DNA from: Octopus sinensis
Lineage: Eukaryota
Direction of reading: 5' to 3'
Length of the DNA stretch: 21,891 nt
Assembly: GCF_006345805.1 (NCBI RefSeq)
Contig: NW_021823600.1
Location: 1-21,891 of the forward strand
Part shown: positions 1-10,113 of the stretch, in pieces
How the letters are laid out: each line of letters opens with the position of its first letter
Numbering within the stretch: position 1 is the first letter of the stretch
The notes under the pieces: model-generated
Databases searched by the model: none
Seen by the model: the letters and a program-made list of their open reading frames with translations, nothing else
Told to the model about the DNA's origin: nothing
Translations under genes and position numbers: made by a program

Positions 1-12
1 TTTGATATGTAG

Positions 13-69
13 ATACCGACGGTATCAGGGCGTGTATAAGTCTTGAAAAAATTACAAAATCGATTCCAG
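13..69 (+). CDS. Candidate internal exon of an unidentified host gene (an alternative donor at 101 would extend it to 100)
   Basis: AG at 11-12 and CAG|GTGAGA donor at 70. Only one frame is open: (D)TDGIRACISLEKITKSIP, continuing GENAMDKAMG to an AAC|GTGAAT donor. The upstream context is cut off by the window edge. Confidence 0.25.
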
Positions 70-200
70 GTGAGAATGCGATGGATAAAGCCATGGGAAC
101 GTGAATTTGTACGCGCAAGCACCGTCCATTGGACAGCTCAGCACCATCCATTGGACAGGGGGCGTTTTGCTCGTTATACATATTATTATATAAATTTTAG

Positions 201-235
201 GATCCAGCAAAAGCTGCGTACTCCTACATCATCAG
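201..235 (+). CDS. Candidate 35-nt internal exon, product unknown
   Basis: TTTTAG acceptor at 195-200 and a consensus CAG|GTGAGT donor at 236-241. All three frames are open (DPAKAAYSYII / SSKSCVLLHHQ / IQQKLRTPTSS). Confidence 0.45.
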
Positions 236-467
236 GTGAGTGACTCTAATGGCACTGCTGTGTGAGTATGTGTGTGTGCGAGCGTGCGTGTGTGTGTGTG
301 AGTGTATGTCAAAGTTAATGGCGTTATAACAGTGTTTCGTTTCGTTTCGTTGTTATATCGTTCTATACAAAATATACTATATCGTACTATGGAACATATC
401 TGTAGAAGCAGTAGATTTTTTTTTACTAACACATGTTACGAAAAATATTACTATTACTTTCATACAG

Positions 468-584
468 ACCACATGTTCGTGGACAGACAAGAGGAACAGC
501 AGTGGATACCGCACATTTCAACTTTTCTCCGAGGCTTGTCAGCAGCTGTGCACCCTCCTTGATTCTCCAAGAGCACACTCTTAA
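468..584 (+). CDS. Candidate terminal exon, product unknown
   Basis: Perfect branch point TACTAAC at 424-430, then CTTTCATACAG acceptor ending at 467. Phase-0 reading is TTCSWTDKRNSSGYRTFQLFSEACQQLCTLLDSPRAHS* (TAA 582-584, overlapping AATAAA 583-588). Phase-1 reading is HMFVDRQEEQQWIPHISTFLRGLSAAVHPP* (stop ends 562). Confidence 0.35.
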   Translation, partial: TTCSWTDKRNSSGYRTFQLFSEACQQLCTLLDSPRAHS

Positions 585-790
585 TAAACTTAGCTGGATT
601 AGGGGTTTAGCCATCTCAAAGTTTCTCTTCAAAGGTTTTGATTTTTAAAAATCTCTCACGTTGCGGGGATCCACCAAAGGCGATGGAAAAGGGCATTTAG
701 TAGAGATATCTTAGTTCGGACTGATATCATGGTTAGTGAAATTCTTAGAGATATATGGCTGTACACTCATACGAGAAATCTATGGGTACG

Positions 791-927
791 TATACATACA
801 TGCATACATATCTATATCTATATATATATATGTATCGCATTGAATCTATGTATGTGTATATATATATATATATATATACGTATTGTATATAGGTATACCT
901 ACCTATATATATTATATATATAGATAT

Positions 928-958
<31 letters not shown>

Positions 959-974
959 ATATATATATTTATAT
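791..974. repeat. Compound (AT)n/(ATAC)n microsatellite
   Basis: Directly visible; boundaries approximate. Confidence 0.95.
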
Positions 975-996
975 TCACTATTAGTGTCGCTCATTC

Positions 997-1059
997 AGCG
1001 GTAGTGCCCCAGCATGGCCGCGGCCTTCGGGCTAAAACATTTTTAAGGATTTAAGGATT
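997..1059 (+). mobile_element. 3' tail fragment of a SINE related to family A
   Basis: GCGGTAGTGCCCCAGCATGGCCGC resembles the family A tail GGCGGTGCTCCAGCATGGCCGC (seen at 12981-13002). It ends in a short tandem tail, (TTTAAGGA)2. Confidence 0.5.
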
Positions 1060-1251
1060 ATATATATATATATGTATATATATACGTATATATATACTTA
1101 TATACATACATATAGACATATATATATATACATATATATACATTTACATATATATTTGCCTATATATGCATATATATACATATACATATATATGTACATA
1201 TATATATACATATACATATATATGTACAATTATATATATATAATATATATA

Positions 1252-1302
<51 letters not shown>

Positions 1303-1376
1303 TATATACATATTACATATATATACACATTATGTATGTTTACCAGACAGACAGATAGCTGGATATATATAATAAT
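1059..1376. repeat. Compound (AT)n/(ATAC)n microsatellite
   Basis: Directly visible. Confidence 0.95.
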
Positions 1377-1679
1377 ATGAGAGTGTGTACTTTCGTGAGG
1401 GTGAATGCCTGTGTTTGGGTGTATAAATGTCTATATATGTGCGTATACACATACAAACTCCCACATAGGCAGGTGCGTGGACGAAACAGAGGTCATGTGT
1501 GTCCATTTACCGAAGAGACCTGCCCCATCTTGTAGAGTTTTGATATTTTCTGTTGATTCAGCTTGCCAAATACACGTCGCCTCACCAAGCAGATAAACAC
1601 ACACGCACGCACGCACGCATATACACACGTATGAGAGCATATATACATACGTACGAGCGAAAGACGTACACGTCCGTGT

Positions 1680-1691
1680 ATATATTATCTG

Positions 1692-1767
<76 letters not shown>

Positions 1768-1815
1768 GTGGTTGTGTGTTACATAGACACATACACGCAT
1801 GCGTACACCCGCGGT

Positions 1816-1907
<92 letters not shown>

Positions 1908-2002
1908 CATATATGTGTGTATATATATATATGCATATATTTGTATAGATATACATATGTATGGATAATATATATCACACATATATATACAAGTATATAT
2001 AC

Positions 2003-2035
<33 letters not shown>

Positions 2036-2376
2036 TAGGTATTTATATATATATAAATATATATATACATATATGTGTATATCTATCTATATATATAAAT
2101 ATACATATAGTAACATATTATACATATATATATACATATATATATATATTACTATAAAATATATACATATATACAACATATATATACATATATACATACA
2201 TATACATAACATATATATACATATATATTATACATATACCATATATATACCATATATATACATACATATATACATACATATATATATACATATATAATAC
2301 ATACATATATATATACATATATACATACATATATATATACATATATATATACAATATATATATACATTATATATAC

Positions 2377-2431
<55 letters not shown>

Positions 2432-2478
2432 CTTGCATGGCTGTATGCATACATACAAACATACATATACACAAAATT
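1680..2478. repeat. Compound (AT)n, (AC)n and (ATAC)n microsatellite block
   Basis: Pure (AT)n at about 1702-1764, (AC)n at about 1821-1851, then degenerate AT/ATAC. Confidence 0.95.
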
Positions 2479-2689
2479 TATTCAACAAATTCGAACTAGC
2501 TGACGTTGGAGCTGAACCATTTGTTGACATAATTAACATAAATTTGAGCTCTCCCTTTATGTACACATGCACACACTTACACACACACACCCATACACAC
2601 ACAAGGGTGCACATATACATAGGCGATTACACGCACTGACATGGCCACACGTACAGACGTATACCGCTCGAACATTCGTAAGCACCCAC

Positions 2690-3047
2690 ATATATATTTT
2701 CATGTGTGTGTACATATATATTTATATATATTGTATGTATGGCTGTACTCATATACATACAGAAATTTATAAATGCCTATAGATATATATATACGCACAT
2801 GCAAGTACGCACATACACATATTTCACACACATACACACACACACACATATATATCCATGTATTATATATGCGACTGCCTATATGTGTGTGTGTGTGTGT
2901 GCGCGTGAGTGCCAGTGTGTGCTTGTTGTTGGTGCGTGTGTGTATGTATATGTATATATCTATATATATATATACAAATATATACACATATATATACATA
3001 ACACACATGCATAAGTATATAGGTACATACGTACATACATATATACA

Positions 3048-3080
<33 letters not shown>

Positions 3081-3104
3081 TTTATATATATATATACATT
3101 ATAA

Positions 3105-3186
<82 letters not shown>

Positions 3187-3270
3187 ATATATATATAAAC
3201 ATACATATATATATATATATATCTATATATATATATAATATATATATATATATATCATGTAACATATATA
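2690..3270. repeat. Compound (AT)n/(AC)n/(GT)n microsatellite block
   Basis: Directly visible. Confidence 0.95.
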
Positions 3271-3762
3271 TCAAATGAAACAGAAAGAGAGACAGCTGGA
3301 GAGAAGGAGAGAGGATTAGAAAATGAGATACAGACAAAAACAGAAAAGCAGAAAGAATTGGATAAAAAGCCGAACGGGTGTGAGCAACGAATTAATGTCA
3401 GTGGAAATCTCGAAAGAAGAGCTGAGATTTTTTTTGTAATTTTTCTTACATTTGTCTTAAATATATAACCAAAGATAATCATATTAAGTTTAGGCATCAA
3501 ACAATTTTTTACGTGGTCTTTTAATAGGGAAAACAAATACTTTTTGCTATCAGTGTATAATAGGACTTTCCTAGGACCTCAAGACACCCGTTTCGGTTTC
3601 TCTGTGTAGCGTGTGGCGATTTAGTGTAGGGTTTCCCATGACGCGGGAGAAATTAAGAGTATTTTTCTTGATTTTTTTTGTCTTGGTATAGTTTGTTTTT
3701 TCTTTGTTATTTCATTTTGTTTTAGTTTTGGGGGGTTTATTTATTTATTTATTTATTTATAG

Positions 3763-3849
3763 ATTGTCGCGGGAGGCAGCAAGTAATGTTGATCGCTTCG
3801 CAGTCGTTTCAAACACAAAGATACGAGATCGTCAGAGGAATTCGGTCAT
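3763..3849 (+). CDS. Weak candidate exon
   Basis: A long T-rich tract with (TTTA)n ends in TAG at 3760-3762. Open reading LSREAASNVDRFAVVSNTKIRDRQRNSV. The donor CAT|GTAATT is mediocre. Confidence 0.2.
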
Positions 3850-3960
3850 GTAATTGATTTCTGGTTTGTTTAGGTTTTTACACACGTATACATACCGTCA
3901 TGCATTGCTTATTTTAGACGCCCCCTGGTATATACATACATGAGCGACCAAACACTGTCC

Positions 3961-4090
3961 AATACACACATATATATATATATATATACATACGTATATA
4001 TATACATACGCATATATATATATATAAATACTCATATATATACATACATATATGTATGTGAGTACGTATTTATGTATGTACATATGTGTC
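3961..4090. repeat. (AT)n/(ATAC)n/(ATGT)n microsatellite
   Basis: Directly visible. Confidence 0.9.
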
Positions 4091-4545
4091 TATGCGCTAC
4101 ATATACATGAGTAGGCGCGTGGATATGACTGACAAACGAACCCATCGTTTACATCATATATAAAACAGTCCGATGAGTTCACGAGGAAGCTTCATGATCG
4201 TTCGTTCTCCAACAAAATAGCAGCCACATATTTCGCAAATCACATTACTGACGAAGGCAAAGAGGATAGATGTATCTATATATAAAAATTGTAGTTTAAC
4301 AAGGCTACCAATGCTTTCATGTAAGAAGTCTTCACAGTTATTCAAGCGTGCTGCATGGAAGTGTTTGGAAAAGGCTGGAAAGCGAAACATTTTCCAATCG
4401 AAGCCGGATGTAGAGAGTTTGTTGGACACAGTGTGAGATGGCTGTTGTTATCGCTAGGCCTAACTCATCGTAAACTCAATACCACCATGACCACTGGATT
4501 TGGTTAAAAAGAGACGATGAGCGATGGCTAGAAGGATATTGAGCT

Positions 4546-4759
4546 TTATTTGATAACCAGCTGATCTAGTAAGTGGGGCCTCATATCAGTGAGGGGGGCC
4601 AGTGCGCATTGATGCCGTCGAGAGGTCGGCCCCGAAATGGCGCGTATTCTCTCCTGATGACCCCATACACTTGCTGACTTCCGGTATGCGGAGTTTTTGG
4701 TTGGTAGCACTTGCATGTGCAAGTTGTTTGCAAGACATCCATTTTGGACGGGCATATAC
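4546..4759 (-). other. GC-enriched unique segment, possible exon (strand and frame unresolved)
   Basis: All three minus frames and one plus frame are open for 60 or more codons. A minus-strand CAG at 4762-4760 could be an acceptor or a donor context, and there is a plus-strand donor CCG|GTATGC at 4684. No recognisable domain. Confidence 0.2.
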
Positions 4760-5003
4760 CTGTATATATTTGCGCACGGGCATGCGTGAGTGTGTGTGGT
4801 AAATGCAAATGTTTCTCTGTAAAGTGAAAAATCATTAAATGTCTTAATCGATTTTAGAACCTTAATCAATTTTCTTCAGAAGTGTCTACATCAATTTGAC
4901 CAATTTCCAGAGAAACAAACAGCCAATCTGTTTATATACTCAACAATTCCTGTAGCCACAGAGAACTGAATCTACTAGTTTGCACACAAGTGTTTAACAC
5001 ATT

Positions 5004-5096
5004 ATATGTATGTATGTATGCATGTATGTATGCATATATGTATGTATGTATGTATGTATTATGTATGTATGTATGTATGTATGTATGTATGTATGA
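5004..5096. repeat. (TATG)n microsatellite
   Basis: Directly visible. Confidence 0.95.
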
Positions 5097-5424
5097 CATT
5101 ATTCTGTTTTATCTCAAGATTTCTTGCCAAGAAAGAAGGAGTCTGTTTCTAACCTATATCCACGGTTCCTTCATTGGAATTTCAACAACATCAACAAGAT
5201 ATTTTTGTATGTATGTCTGTATTTGTGCAGATTTGTATGTTTTGTTTTATGCATGTATTCTCATGCATTTAGTTGCGTGTCTAGGCATGCTCATATATAT
5301 TCAAATGATAAACTTTTGCAAGGTTTTACAGATTTTTACAGTTCCAGTGATGTAGTTTTTGAATCAGTTTTCTCCTCTCTGGTTTTGAGAAGCCTAATTT
5401 TTCAAGATTAGTATTTAAGCAGTT

Positions 5425-5519
5425 ATGTATGTATGTATGTACGTATGTATGTATGTATGTATGTATGTATGTATGTATGTATGTATGTATGTATGTATGT
5501 ATATGTATGTATGTATGTG
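5425..5519. repeat. (TATG)n microsatellite
   Basis: Directly visible. Confidence 0.95.
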
Positions 5520-5942
5520 CAGATTTGTATGTTTTATGTAGTGAAAGAAACTTGGAATATCATACACGAGTTTTCTTCGCAATTTCTTCTTTCGATGATA
5601 TGAAGATGGACAAGGGCTTCTAAATACTGATAACAAGAGATGCAATTAAACCCTTAGGCGTTTAGATTCCTCTGGATATAATGTTTACGTATTCACATTG
5701 TTTTGGTTTTATCTGCATTGTCTCATATCTTTGAGATTTTGATCACCGAGATGAAAGAGACATATGCATTCTATACTCTTTGAATGGGAAATCCTAAATG
5801 TTAAATTTAATATTGATTTTAATTCATCTAAAGAAAACGGGCTTTTTTTTACATGGTGTAACTGATTTATTACTCAATAAAAAGCACGTATGAAACAGCT
5901 GTAGTGAACCTCAGCCAGTTTGTGTTATTACCTATATTAAAA

Positions 5943-6270
5943 CCACCTTCGGTCATGAATGACCATCGAATTGCCTCAAGAAAGTTACCCTCCGAGGCAC
6001 AAGTCCTGGCAAGGTTGTTTATGGAAGACAAGAAGTAGCCCGTTCATAAAATCCTCCCCTCTCCACGCCACCAGTGTTATCCAAGAAAAAGACAAAGGGG
6101 CCGATACAGCGTGGCACCAGTGACGTTTCACCTCATTTCTACAGCTGAGTGAACTGGAGCAACGTGAAATAAATTGTCTTGCTCAAGAACACATCTCACA
6201 TCCCGGTCCAGGAATTGAACTCACTATCTCATGATTGTGAGACTAATGCTCTAACCATTAAGTTGTGCAC
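5943..6270 (-). mobile_element. tRNA-derived SINE, family C (diverged copy)
   Basis: The minus strand begins with a tRNA-like head (TGGTTAGAGCA ... box B GAGTTCAATTCC). This is followed by a conserved-domain-like core, TTCTTGAGCAAGACAATTTATTTCACGTTGCTCCAGTTCACTCAGCTGTAGAAATGAG. It matches a recalled abundant octopus SINE. Confidence 0.85.
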
Positions 6271-6836
6271 TATATATGCGCGAGCACGTGTGTATACACA
6301 TACACCTGAACTCATAGACACACAGACTGAGTCAAAATGTCAAAGAGTTCTGAAATTTTAATAATACTTTCGATTACAACTTTTACACGTTTTTTTTTTT
6401 TGTTAATAACAATTGAAACTTTGTGACTCTTTCAAAATTTAATAATATTTAAGAAAAATGCTAGAGCAATGTAATATTAACAACTATTAAAATTTCAGGC
6501 GCCTTCGTGAAGGTTGGATATCGCACTCCTATCCACAAACACACACACACACACACACATGCACAGAGGTACAGACAAATGTATGCGATTCTCCTTGAGA
6601 GAAAACCTCAAATATACTCACAGATTCACACACATAAAATACCAGCTACGTCCAGCGTGCCATCAGTCTATTCAAGCAAGTTTGACAGGGTTTTACAGCT
6701 AAAAGGATACAACAAATATATACAAGTAAATACCTACACACACACACATATGCGCGCGTACGCACTCATGCATTGCTGTGCACCAAGAACTGTAAAAAAA
6801 TCGGTCATATCGCTTAAATGAACACCAGTTAGACTT

Positions 6837-7450
6837 GATGATGATGATGATGACGATGCTGGTGGTGGTGGTGGTGGTGGTGGTGGTGATGATGATTATG
6901 ATGGTGGTGGGGGGTGATGATGATGGTGATGGTGGTAATGATAACGATGGTGATGATGATGATGACGATGATGCTGAGGAAGGTGGTAAGGATGATGACG
7001 CTGACGACATTGATAACGGTGATGGTGGTCGTGGTGGTGGTGGTGGTGGTGGTGGTGATGGTGGTGGTGGTGGTGGTGGCGACGACGTTGATGAGGAGGA
7101 TGTTGATGAAATTGATGACAATGATGATGGTTATTATAATGATGGTAACGACGATGGCGAGGACAAAAATGATGGTGGTGGTGGTGGTGGTGGTGGTGGT
7201 AGTGGTGGTACAGGGGATAATAATGATGATGACGAAGAGGAGAATCTTGGTGATGATGAGGGTGGTGGTAGCAGTACTAGTAGTGATAGTAGTGGTAGTG
7301 GTAATAGTAACGTAGTGGTGGCGGCTGCCACAACTGCGTGGCTAGTGGTAGTGGTTGTAGTGGTGGTGGTGATGATGATGATGAGGATGATGATGATGAT
7401 GATGATGATCCTATTGTGATGATGATAATGTAGTGGTGGTGATGATGGTG
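6837..7450. repeat. Compound trinucleotide tract (GAT/GGT/GAC/AGT)n
   Basis: Directly visible. It produces the poly-M/V/D/G ORFs in the track. Confidence 0.95.
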
Positions 7451-7690
7451 GCTGTAATTTTTGTTATTTAACCCCAGGTCTACTTTCAACCAACAAGTCA
7501 ACAGTATTTAAGCAGATTAAAGATGTTCAAACCTTGCCGTAACCATTCTTTTTTATTCTGACAATCTCGGTCCATTTTATCGAATATGATCTTCCATTTT
7601 TCAAAACTGTGCAGTATAGTTTGAGGAAAATGTAACTGTTAGTTTTAGCAGATCAACAGACCACGTAGAGACTCCTTCGTTGTTCGATAT
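7451..7690. mobile_element. Possible degraded dispersed repeat
   Basis: Motifs TTTAACCCCAGGTC and TTTTAGCAGATCAACAGACCACGTAGAGACTCC resemble a recalled octopus repeat. There is no second copy in the window. Confidence 0.25.
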
Positions 7691-8040
7691 GTTTGCTATA
7701 GTAAACAGTAATTCTATGTAATAGTGAACCAAAAATTCTTATTATTTCATTTCAGTTAAAGGCGGCTGCGGTCTTCTTCCAATCAGGACTCATGCCATTA
7801 GCCACAAAGAATAATCTCTAATTCGAGCCTACTCTAAGCTACTAAGAATGTGTGTGGCAAATTGAAGATCCACCAACCACACGCGATAGACTAAAAATAG
7901 TTGGTAATCTTAAGTTAAAGATACTACGTATTAATTTAATAATGGTTTTAATTTTTATTTTTATAAATTTCATTAATTGTGATATGTTAACGATAGTTCT
8001 TTCCTCAATTAAGCTCACGCAAACAAATGTATTCTTTTAC

Positions 8041-8238
8041 TTTCTTTTATTCTTTTATACTTGTTTCAGTCATTTGACTGCGGCCATGCTGGAGCACCGC
8101 CTTTTTAGTCGAGCAAATCGACCCCAGGACTTATTCTTTGTAAGCCTAGTACTTATCCTAACGGGGACGTAAACACACCAGCATCGGTTGTCAAGCGATG
8201 TTGGGGAGACAAACACAGACACACAAACACACACACAC

Positions 8239-8269
<31 letters not shown>

Positions 8270-8435
8270 CGATGGGCTTCTTTCAGTTTCCGTCTACCAA
8301 ATCCACTCACAAGGCTTTGGTCGGCCCGTGGCTATAGTAGAAGACACTTGCCCAAGGTGCCACGCAGTGGGACTGAACCCGGAACTGTGTGGTTGGTAAG
8401 CAAGCTACTTACCACAAAGCCACTCCTGCGCCTAT
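8041..8435 (-). mobile_element. tRNA-derived SINE, family A, near full length
   Basis: Minus-strand head GGCGCAGGAGTGGCTTTGTGGTAAG with box B GGGTTCAGTCCC, a CORE-like CCTTGGGCAAGTGTCTT motif, internal (AT)/(GT) microsatellite and a (TAAAAGA)-type tail. It aligns with the other A copies apart from an internal deletion of roughly 28 nt near 8160. Confidence 0.92.
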
Positions 8436-8992
8436 TGTGCACAAATATTGATGATTCGTTATCGTCTCGTAGCTTTCGATACATTAGCACGCGCACGCGC
8501 AAATACATAACGAAAACATTACGTATATGTAGCTATGGTTTTCAAAATAAAAAAATAATAGTAATGATTTATCATTTAACTAAACTTTCTAGATTACAAC
8601 TGAGTGACTTATAATAAATTTCTTAAGTGATTAAATACTTTAATAACATTTCGATCTATCATAAGCAATAATGTAAATTAGGTATAATGTTTTTTTAGCT
8701 TTTAGTTATAAGTAGTCGTATCGAAATATCGTTTAAGCAAATTAACGGATATTTTGTTTCACTTTTTTTTTTCTTCAACACATTACACACATTGCATTTA
8801 TATATACATAAGCAACGGTTTTTTGGGCTTTTTTTTTTTTTCAAAAATACATTGGTTGCTGAAACGCACATATCTGAGTCTATCAAGGGTCAAACAACAC
8901 ATTGGAATGTAGCTCCTTTCTAAGAAATTCTTCCCCTAAAGAATTTCATAGAATTCCAATTAACGATATTCGATATGGAAATTCAATTTAAT

Positions 8993-9085
8993 TTAAAAAC
9001 AAACAAGATGAGGACAAATATCCGTCAATTGTAAATAATGTAAATAATGTACATAATTCATCATTCCTTAAATATAGAATTGTAT
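8993..9085 (+). repeat. Upstream direct-repeat copy of the 3' part of HHR-bearing repeat F
   Basis: AACAAACAAGATGAGGACAAA(T/C)ATCCGTCAATTGTAAATAATGTAAATAATGTACATAATTC is almost identical to 10211-10273, and similarity continues through CTTAAATAT(A/T)GAA. Confidence 0.9.
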
Positions 9086-9167
9086 TATCTAATCGGTATG
9101 GAGCCGACATTAGACTTCAATGGAGACATATAGAGAAACTCCATCAAAAACTAGCTCGTCTAGTTTT

Positions 9168-9169
<2 letters not shown>

Positions 9170-9200
<31 letters not shown>
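9170..9200. repeat. (AAT)n microsatellite
   Basis: Directly visible; forms the left flank of element E. Confidence 0.95.
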
Positions 9201-9203
<3 letters not shown>

Positions 9204-9990
9204 GCCCTGATGCAGTACCAGACAGTGACTCTCATGGCTTCTGATCTTAACTGATTGGAAGTGTTATAATGTACATTGTTTTGTCTTGGTATAAAAGATG
9301 GGCTACAGCAAATATTCTGCTCAATACCTATTTCTTTATTACCCACAAGGGGCTAAACACAGAGGGGACAAACAAGGACAGACATAGGTATTAAGTCGAT
9401 TACATCGACCCCAGTGCGTAACTGGTACTTAATTTATCGACCCCGAAAGGATGAAAGGTAAAGTCGACCTCGGCGGAATTTGAACTCACAACGTAACGGC
9501 AGACGAAATACCGCAAAGCATTTCGCCCGGCGTGCTAACGATTCTGCCAGCTCGCCGAATACCACAGATTTGCTTGTCAATTGTTTGACTTTAACCAGTT
9601 GACCATGTCCCTTAGTGGCTGACGATATGTGCATCTCTGATCACGAGCAGAAGTAGTGGGGGAGCATCATAGCCGTGTGTTGAAAGGAATTCTTAGAGGT
9701 TTGGCTAATTCACCTTTGGAATTATGGGTAGTTCGTTCAACATTCTTAAACAACCCGTATTCAGGGACCTTTTGACCGGGATGGGTTACTCGGCCAGAAG
9801 AAAATTCTAACTGGGCCCACCTGCAAGGTCATGTGCTGTTTATCTTGATATGAGATCACCATGTTGCGCACATATGGTTGTGATGCATGTGCCTGGTGTA
9901 CCCTTATCAGACGGGTAGTCATGATGGGTATATTGGGCTTCGTATATTTTACCCCAGTGTCATTTTGATGGCATGCACTGCTCTCTCACT
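9201..9990. mobile_element. Non-coding dispersed element E (~560 bp net), interrupted by a family B SINE and flanked on both sides by (AAT)n
   Basis: Non-microsatellite, GC-richer block bounded by AAT/AAC repeats. The sequence reads through after removing 9329-9557 and one AATACC. It resembles a recalled abundant octopus repeat; its class is not established. Confidence 0.7.
9329..9557 (-). mobile_element. tRNA-derived SINE, family B, full-length monomer nested in E
   Basis: Head GGCGAGCTGGCAGAATCGTTAGCACG, box B GAGTTCAAATTCC, core GGTCGACTTTACCTTTCATCCTTTCGGGGTCGATAAATTAAGTACCAG. It is flanked by an AATACC duplication at 9323-9328 and 9558-9563. Confidence 0.93.
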
Positions 9991-10045
9991 CAACAACAAC
10001 AACAACAACGACGACGAGGACGACAACAACAACAACAACAACAAC

Positions 10046-10107
<62 letters not shown>

Positions 10108-10113
10108 TAATAA
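9991..10113. repeat. (CAA)n/(GAC)n/(AAT)n microsatellite
   Basis: Directly visible. Confidence 0.95.

Noticed and set aside
1490-1610. Minus-strand [27 protein letters not shown] resembling a transmembrane-juxtamembrane segment
   Set aside because: The hydrophobic part derives from the adjacent GT/GCGT microsatellite and there is no good acceptor.
729-3337. Numerous 60-140 aa ORFs rich in Y/I/M/C/V/H/T
   Set aside because: Translations of (AT)n, (AC)n and (ATAC)n microsatellites, which lack stop codons. The same applies to similar ORFs at 3898-4083, 4990-5645 and 19066-19368.
3801-3845. CTGACGA ... GAAAC on the minus strand (also isolated CTGATGA at 229-235 minus and 4654-4660 plus)
   Set aside because: No stem II pairing, no GUH, or no GAAA partner.
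4154-4429. LRR-like look of FLHESIGSLVKLQFLYID in the minus ORF
   Set aside because: Only a single partial repeat with no LxxLxLxxN periodicity; probably chance.
6699-7501. Long poly-M/V/D/G and poly-S/P/H ORFs resembling acidic biomineralisation or Gly-rich proteins
   Set aside because: Open on both strands and in several frames because of GAT/GGT repeats. The reading drifts between poly-M/V and poly-D/G, with no signal peptide or splice support.
7756-7821. Strong TTTCATTTCAG acceptor followed by short open frames (LKAAAVFFQSGLMPLATKNNL* or VKGGCGLLPIRTHAISHKE*)
   Set aside because: Acceptor-like motifs are common in T-rich DNA. No donor, recognisable peptide or linked upstream exon supports it.
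9144-9170. Hairpin plus T-run resembling a rho-independent terminator
   Set aside because: Eukaryotic context, and the T-run is part of the stem itself. Kept only as a structural observation.
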